Shown here: positions 58,017 to 64,000 of the stretch, piece after piece
Layout: the number at the start of each line of letters is the position of its first letter
How positions within the stretch are numbered: the first letter of the stretch is position 1
DNA from: Bdellovibrionota bacterium
GTDB lineage: Bacteria; Bdellovibrionota_C; UBA2361; CALJRW01
Direction of reading: 5' to 3'
Assembly (NCBI GenBank): GCA_041740355.1
Contig: JBGSMD010000015.1
Location: forward strand, 48,162 to 112,161
Length of the DNA: 64,000 nt
Position numbers and translations under genes: made by a program
The notes under the pieces: generated by a model
The model's database searches: none
What the model was told of the DNA's origin: nothing
Seen by the model: the letters and a program-made list of their open reading frames with translations, nothing else

Positions 58017-58250
58017 ATGAACGAAGATACAATCAAAGGTAACTGGAAAATCTTAAAAGGAAAAGTAAAGGAAACTTGGGGAGATTTAACAGACGATGAT
58101 ATTACACAACTTTCGGGGCATAAAGATCAACTTGTTGGTACAGTTCAAAAGAAATATGGGATTGCCCGTGCTGAAGCCGAAAAACAAGTTGACTCCTGGG
58201 CGAAAAAACATGAACAAAGCAAGAAGGATAGCTGTAATACCTGTAACTAG
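58017..58250 (+). CDS. csbD: CsbD-family stress protein
   Basis: MNEDTIKGNWK..KG..KE.WG.LTDDD; AAGGAG RBS before ATG 58017. Confidence 0.9.
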   Translation: MNEDTIKGNWKILKGKVKETWGDLTDDDITQLSGHKDQLVGTVQKKYGIARAEAEKQVDSWAKKHEQSKKDSCNTCN

Positions 58251-58274
58251 TTAATTACATGCTACTCGAGAGCA

Positions 58275-58319
58275 GAAGCAACCCAGCTTTTGATATATTT
58301 TGGGTTGCTTCCATTTTTT
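58275..58319 (+). terminator. Intrinsic terminator after csbD
   Basis: GAAGCAACCCA / TGGGTTGCTTC stem followed by a T-run. Confidence 0.7.
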
Positions 58320-58437
58320 AAGGATGTTCCTCGAAACTTGAGAACTTATTTTTATCAATTTAGTTTCGCAAGGAGGACATTGAATTAATATTTCGAAGAT
58401 TTAGAACTAGAATCTTGCAATAACTGAAAGTATCTTA

Positions 58438-59439
58438 TTAAACCCTAGGAGGTTTAACTTGATTTATGCAATCCAGACCTTCATCTAAAGTTTGAATATT
58501 TAGTAATGTTGTGGTCGCGATATTTTCCAGAGCTTCCTGGGTAAAAAATGCTTGATGTCCTGTCACTAATACATTGGAGAAAGTCATCAGTCTTGCAAAA
58601 ACATCATCGTGTAGCACTTTTCCGGAGAGATCCTCGAAAAACAAATCACTTTCTTCTTCGTACACATCTAAACCTAAATATCCAATATGTTCAGATTTTA
58701 AACCTTCAATTAATGCTTGGGCATCGACTAACGCTCCCCGACTTGTATTAATGATCATAACTCCTTTTTTCATATGAGCAATGGCTTCTTGATTAATCAG
58801 GTGATAAGTCTCTGGAGTTAAGGGACAATGTAAGCTAATGATATCTGACTTTTCGAACAATTGTTTCAGGTTTGCATACTCTACACCAAGGTCTAGACAG
58901 GTTTGGTTTTGAAAACAATCATAAGCCAGCACCTGACATCCAAAACCTTGCATGATCTTGGCAAAAATAGCTCCAATTTTTCCTGTACCAATTACTCCTA
59001 CAACTGAGCCATTTAAATCAAATCCAAGTAAGCCTTCCAAAGAAAAATTATTTTCGCGAACACGATTGTGTGCACGATGAATTTTACGATTTAATGCCAG
59101 AATTAATGCCAATGCATGTTCTGCTACTGCATAAGGTGAATATGAGGGGACACGAACAACTTTTATTCCTAAGTTTTCAGCAGTTACCAGATCTACATTA
59201 TTAAAACCTGCGCATCGTAGGGCAATAACCTTAGTTCCTCCTTCAGATAATTTCTCTAAGGTCACTTGATCTAAAACATCATTCACAAAAACGCAGACTA
59301 CCGGATAACCTTTAGCTAGAGTTACAGTCTCAGAATTTAAACGTGCTTCAAAATAACATAGCTCCTGTTGAAAACCTTTATTAACTTCATCCAAGCTCCG
59401 ACGATCATAAACTTTTGTACTAAATACTGCGACTTTCAT
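58438..59439 (-). CDS. ldhA: D-lactate dehydrogenase (2-hydroxyacid dehydrogenase)
   Basis: [44 protein letters not shown]. Confidence 0.93.
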   Translation of the reverse strand: MKVAVFSTKVYDRRSLDEVNKGFQQELCYFEARLNSETVTLAKGYPVVCVFVNDVLDQVTLEKLSEGGTKVIALRCAGFNNVDLVTAENLGIKVVRVPSYSPYAVAEHALALILALNRKIHRAHNRVRENNFSLEGLLGFDLNGSVVGVIGTGKIGAIFAKIMQGFGCQVLAYDCFQNQTCLDLGVEYANLKQLFEKSDIISLHCPLTPETYHLINQEAIAHMKKGVMIINTSRGALVDAQALIEGLKSEHIGYLGLDVYEEESDLFFEDLSGKVLHDDVFARLMTFSNVLVTGHQAFFTQEALENIATTTLLNIQTLDEGLDCINQVKPPRV

Positions 59440-59759
59440 ATGACAATTAATTGTAGAATTTGGCTAAATCATACTATGAAGAAAACAAGCAAGCAATTTT
59501 AACTTCAATCTAAGTTGCTTCATTCGATTTTTGCTAGGTAACTTTTTAATCTGCCGTCTTACTATTTACTAAAGAACGGAGCTCTTACTTGCCTTAACTC
59601 TACCAGCATTATGCGAACCATGAATTTCTTTACTCTGAGGAATTAAGCTCGATCCTTATTCCTTTGTGATATCTAGTAGTTAGGAATCTGATTGATATTT
59701 GCAACAGATTTAAGATTTATTCCATAACTATCTTAAGCTTAGATCACTAATTTCCTAGG

Positions 59760-60527
59760 ATGTTTAAACCGGATCATTTAAAACCTGAAGATATGCCTGT
59801 TGGCTATAGAAGCCGAACAGAACTAAACCTTTCTGAATTCTCGATAGGTGCGCAATATACACTAACAAAAACATATCATGAGCCATCGACTAGCTCAAAA
59901 CTCAGAAGAAAAATTATTGCGAGCCTAATTGATCACGATTTCATTCCTATGTCCCCAGAAGATAGTATTCATCACGAAGTTAGTCGCTTAAGGGATTTTG
60001 CCGCAAAGGGAATTCTAGTACCGGAAATTTACCAACAGACAGAAAGATCATACACCATGGAGTTCATCCCCCATAGAACAGCCGAACAACATCTTGCTGA
60101 TGGAAAGTTAGAAGTTATTGACAATATTCTCTTAACAGCTAACCAGCTTCACATGAATGGACTTACTCACGGAGACCTCTTTCCTGCAAATATTATTCCA
60201 CTCGATGATACTAGATCTATTGTTCTTGATCCCGGAGTTAAATATGCTGATCAAGATACTATAACTGCACGCTTTCGAGATCTAACCCAAGCTCTATTCC
60301 GAATTGGACATTTTGTTCCGGAGATGGCCCCTGTCCTTCAGACTCTTAAAACACTTTATCATAAACCTGAAGAGCTTCATCACTTTTATCATTATGTAAT
60401 TCAAACAAGCATTCCTCAAGAAATAATTACAAATATTGTTTTTAAAGATATTGATATTTTTAGTAGAATGAAACGTGCGATGAAGTCAGTTTTTGCAAAA
60501 CCTTCAAACAAAGAATACTACTATTAA
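59760..60527 (+). CDS. Divergent protein-kinase-like (RIO/Bud32/Kdo-type) protein
   Basis: VPEI, MEFI, HGDLFPANII catalytic loop, LDPG. Confidence 0.6.
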   Translation: MFKPDHLKPEDMPVGYRSRTELNLSEFSIGAQYTLTKTYHEPSTSSKLRRKIIASLIDHDFIPMSPEDSIHHEVSRLRDFAAKGILVPEIYQQTERSYTMEFIPHRTAEQHLADGKLEVIDNILLTANQLHMNGLTHGDLFPANIIPLDDTRSIVLDPGVKYADQDTITARFRDLTQALFRIGHFVPEMAPVLQTLKTLYHKPEELHHFYHYVIQTSIPQEIITNIVFKDIDIFSRMKRAMKSVFAKPSNKEYYY

Positions 60528-60749
60528 ATTATTTATTATCAGACGTTTATTGACTGAGTTTTGATATCCCAAGATCTTCAAGATTTTTGCAAATAAAGAA
60601 TATTCGAATTAGTTTATTCTTATTTAGATAGCTTGTCTTAACTTCAGTATAACTAATTAAATTAAAACATCATCTACATTAGTTTTTTCTTCCTAAATCG
60701 ACTATTTAAGTCTACTTATTAACTGACTATGTGTTACTTGAATGATAAA

Positions 60750-61976
60750 TTACGGGGTGCCAACTTGAAAAAATTCCAACTTAGTCAAAATTCCGATTAG
60801 CAAATTATTAGGCAAATCGATCAACGCGGCCCCGACAAGTGAGGTTAGTAGTATGGCTCGCGGAGCAGGTCCATAATTATGGACGACTGTTTTTACTGTC
60901 GCCATCGCAACAGCGACTGAACTTAATCCAAACCCGATTACACCTCCAGAAAGTACGGCCGCATTATAATCTTTCCCCATTACACGAAAAATTATCTCCG
61001 TTGAAAAAAATACAGTCAGGATAATCTGAAAAACCAGAATTATTAAGATCGGAAATAAATATTCTGAAAGACCTGAAACTGCCATGCCAATAAGACTAAG
61101 AATAATAAAAGTATTAAAACTTAAATCACTAACATTATCGATTGCCTTTGCCGGAAGACTTAATGATTTACGAAGCAAGCTATTAGTAAGAAAGATGGCA
61201 ACTAGCATCGCAGTTAAAAATCTTGGCAGATCTATTCCCACACTCTTTAGGATTGGTTGGAGTAGATCTCCAAGATAGACCGAAACTCCAATTGCGATCA
61301 GTACTTTTAAAACAGCTAAAGTCCCGTTAGCGTATCCGCAAGACTTAATTTCTTCCAATTCCTCCGTTAGTAGAACTCCATTTTGTCCCAGATGCACATT
61401 CGGTATCTTGATATCTTTGCGTTTTAATAACCAGGCCACAGCTGGTCCAGCAAATAAACCTCCAAAAATTAATCCAAAAGTTGAGCATGCAAAACCAATT
61501 TCTAATGCGAGTTTAAGTCCCTGCTCAGAATAATGACTGCCCCATGCTAAAGAACTACCAAATCCGCCAACGTAACTTATGCTACCAGCAAGCAGGCCAT
61601 AAGCGGGATGATTTCCAAAAAAGATCATAATCAAAACAGAAAGAACATTCTGCAAAACTACTAAGGCAAATGAAAGTAGACAGATCATTACTAAGGGTTT
61701 ACCGCCTTTTATGGTGGCTTTAAATTGGACTGCTAAACCCATAGTACAAAAGAATATTACCAAGAGGGCATCTCGCAGCTCTCCCGGAATTTTAAGCTCT
61801 ATTCCTAGAAGATATTCAGTGATTCTGAGGAAGGGTAAGAAAACAAAAGCTCCAATCACAGGTACTGGAAGATTTAATTTTTTTATATTTGGGAAAAACT
61901 TCAAAAATTTTAGCCCAATCAAAAAGACCGTGCCAGATAATAATAAAAATCCAAAATTTAATAATGAAAATAACAT
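60750..61976 (-). CDS. gltS: Sodium/glutamate symporter
   Basis: P.PVIG, GSISYVGGFG, G..CSTFGLIFGG, MGKDYNAAV, YGPAP. Confidence 0.85.
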   Translation of the reverse strand: MLFSLLNFGFLLLSGTVFLIGLKFLKFFPNIKKLNLPVPVIGAFVFLPFLRITEYLLGIELKIPGELRDALLVIFFCTMGLAVQFKATIKGGKPLVMICLLSFALVVLQNVLSVLIMIFFGNHPAYGLLAGSISYVGGFGSSLAWGSHYSEQGLKLALEIGFACSTFGLIFGGLFAGPAVAWLLKRKDIKIPNVHLGQNGVLLTEELEEIKSCGYANGTLAVLKVLIAIGVSVYLGDLLQPILKSVGIDLPRFLTAMLVAIFLTNSLLRKSLSLPAKAIDNVSDLSFNTFIILSLIGMAVSGLSEYLFPILIILVFQIILTVFFSTEIIFRVMGKDYNAAVLSGGVIGFGLSSVAVAMATVKTVVHNYGPAPRAILLTSLVGAALIDLPNNLLIGILTKLEFFQVGTP

Positions 61977-62572
61977 TAATTATTTTTCTAAAAGTCGATC
62001 AATTTCTACAAAACTATTTTGTAAATAAGCATTAGAAACTCTACTATTCATTACATGATAATAATACTAATAATATTTATTTAAACTTTTCCTTGTTTAG
62101 CTTAACTAGCATTCATTGAATACTGCATTTGGGGTAAAGAAATAATATTATGATTATAAACTTATTCTTGTTAAATAAAAGATTTCAAAATATGATTTGT
62201 TTTTTGTCCCCCCTTCAATTTATAAATATTGATCTCTAGGATTAGAAACGTCCTCAGAGACAATAGCCATAAACCTTCAATAAAGATAATGCCAATAATA
62301 AAAGAAATCTTAAAGTTAATATTGATTGTAATATTTATGATTTCCAACTTTTAGGATTAGATTCACTACTGATTTAATATTTCCCAAATATGCCTTTTAG
62401 CAAATCTAGTCATGACTACTCCACTCTGAAGCGTTCCACGGTTTTCATATGAATTTTCTCAACTTAATATTTTACTTCTACTTCGCTAATAATTAAAATG
62501 AGTATCCAAAGTGAGGTACTAGATTAAATTTTAATCTGTTGATTATTTGTTTGATAAAATTAATAATTAGTT

Positions 62573-63892
62573 GTGCAATATTTTATGCTGGCACTATTTA
62601 GAATGAGAAACATAAATTTAATACTAAGTATTTTATTTTTTACTTTCGCAGTAGCCAAATCTTTTAGCTATCAAATTCGCTCGCCTGGTGTCGACTTCTA
62701 TGTGCCTTGGGGACTCAGTCAAATAAATAATAATAATCCTCACCTTCAAGGCTTAGTATACTCTGACAACACTTCTCAACAAAAACTCTTTGAACATATT
62801 TTAGTAAGAAGCCTAAATGAAAACATTGAGTCTAACCAAGTGACATTATCTTACTGGATAAGAAGTATCAAAGAAAATGAAAAAATCCCTAGTCATACCC
62901 CAGTAAATGTTTTTACGGGAACACCTGCATTCTATAGCTTGTTTTTGCTTGTAAAAAACTTGAGTTTTGCTGACGCCTTAATCTTTTATCAAGTATTTTC
63001 AACTTTAGCACTAATTCTTGCATGTTATCTTTTTAGCATTAGATATAATTTGACGAAGCTAAGTTTTCTTTTAGTAACTGGCTTAATTTTATTTGCTTTC
63101 CTACCACTATACTCGGAGTATGCTGTTGCAAATTTTAATCGTATACAAGTTGCAGTTTTAGCTTGTTTATATTTTCTATCTACTTCTAAACTAACTCAAA
63201 TAAAAATATTATTAATTTCTATCATTGCAACTTTCTTTTTGATGGTGAAACCAAATACTCTTTTTTTAGTACTTGCAATTCTAATGCCACTTCTTTGCTT
63301 CAAGCGATTCAGACTAATATTATTCTGTGGCAACTTATTAGGAATAGCTCTTGCGGTTGCTTCTTCTATGCTTATGTTTCAAGACATAAATGTCTGGGAA
63401 ATTTGGTTTGATCAAGCTTTTAGCACTAGCAAGTTAACATATATTATTAATGATAATGGTAATTTCTCATTACTTCCAAAGATTCAATCAAATACTATTT
63501 TCATAGTAATATTTAGCATTTCAACACTGATAGTAATTGCAAATTGGCTTATTAAATGTTTTTATTCTAGCTTGGAAATTAAAGATAAGATTACCTCTAC
63601 ATTAGAACAAGCCTCAGCCCTAACTTGTTTACTTGCACCTTTGGTATGGTATCATTACTACTTAATCTTAATTATCCCATTATTTGGCTTTGCTAGAAAA
63701 ATTCAGGAAAATATAGTTTTCAATAGAGACTTTTTTCTAATTTTTTCAATTTTAGCATGGTTGTTTCTTTTTATTCATCCATACCTCAACATTACAATAG
63801 AGTTGAAACAACTATTCTGTCAGCTTGCTTGCCTGCTACTATTCACATCCTCTTTATTTAATTTCAAAAGAAAAGAGAAGGTTTTCCGTTAG
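62573..63892 (+). CDS. GT87-like (GT-C) membrane glycosyltransferase
   Basis: DFY early loop, KP motif, N.SL, PLVWYHYY, many TMs. Confidence 0.65.
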   Translation: MQYFMLALFRMRNINLILSILFFTFAVAKSFSYQIRSPGVDFYVPWGLSQINNNNPHLQGLVYSDNTSQQKLFEHILVRSLNENIESNQVTLSYWIRSIKENEKIPSHTPVNVFTGTPAFYSLFLLVKNLSFADALIFYQVFSTLALILACYLFSIRYNLTKLSFLLVTGLILFAFLPLYSEYAVANFNRIQVAVLACLYFLSTSKLTQIKILLISIIATFFLMVKPNTLFLVLAILMPLLCFKRFRLILFCGNLLGIALAVASSMLMFQDINVWEIWFDQAFSTSKLTYIINDNGNFSLLPKIQSNTIFIVIFSISTLIVIANWLIKCFYSSLEIKDKITSTLEQASALTCLLAPLVWYHYYLILIIPLFGFARKIQENIVFNRDFFLIFSILAWLFLFIHPYLNITIELKQLFCQLACLLLFTSSLFNFKRKEKVFR

Positions 63893-64000
63893 AGCCACTT
63901 TTTTTACTTACTCTGCCTTTTGATAAAGTAACTGACTCATCAAAGTAATTAATTTCATATTTTGAATTTAAATAGACTTGGGGGGGGGGGGGGGGGGGGT

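Noticed and set aside
58323-58380. Imperfect inverted repeat ATGTTCCTCGAAACT...AGTTTCGCAAGGAGGACAT resembling IS ends
   Set aside because: Single, gapped and short; could simply be a terminator-region hairpin for ldhA.
61980-62570. ~590-bp AT-rich gap as a pseudogene or ncRNA
   Set aside because: No recognisable peptide motif or stable structure by eye.
63980-63999. 20-nt poly-G run
   Set aside because: At the window end in AT-rich DNA; most likely a sequencing or assembly artefact rather than a G-quadruplex or phase-variable tract.

Overview
AT-rich bacterial chromosomal window, mostly housekeeping and cell-envelope genes. A Bdellovibrio-type histone and Myxococcus-type Cys-rich repeats suggest a Bdellovibrionota-like or other deltaproteobacteria-like lineage (inference). 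Core genes: bioB, two DEAD-box helicases, pepF, a CDF transporter, clpS-clpA with aat, mscS, cbpA-cbpM, csbD, ldhA, gltS. Envelope genes: a GT2, GDP-fucose synthase, a pyruvyl-transferase-family protein and five predicted GT-C-type membrane glycosyltransferases. A tRNA-Ala(GGC) at 20317-20389 is followed by a palindrome plus GIY-YIG mini-module and then an integrative island whose large serine recombinase ends in a second, diverged tRNA-Ala 3' fragment. The best candidate for an undescribed system lies in that island: a tightly coupled YfbU / 3-TM / ThsB-like TIR operon with no ThsA, next to an XRE switch with a perfect operator. Other highlights are a zinc-finger-histone fusion, an apparently shared Cys-bracketed Lys-rich N-terminal domain on two secreted proteins, an AAC(6')-Ib-like GNAT, two families of dispersed palindromic repeats and a decayed IS3. 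All product calls rest on motif recognition by eye; no searches were run.
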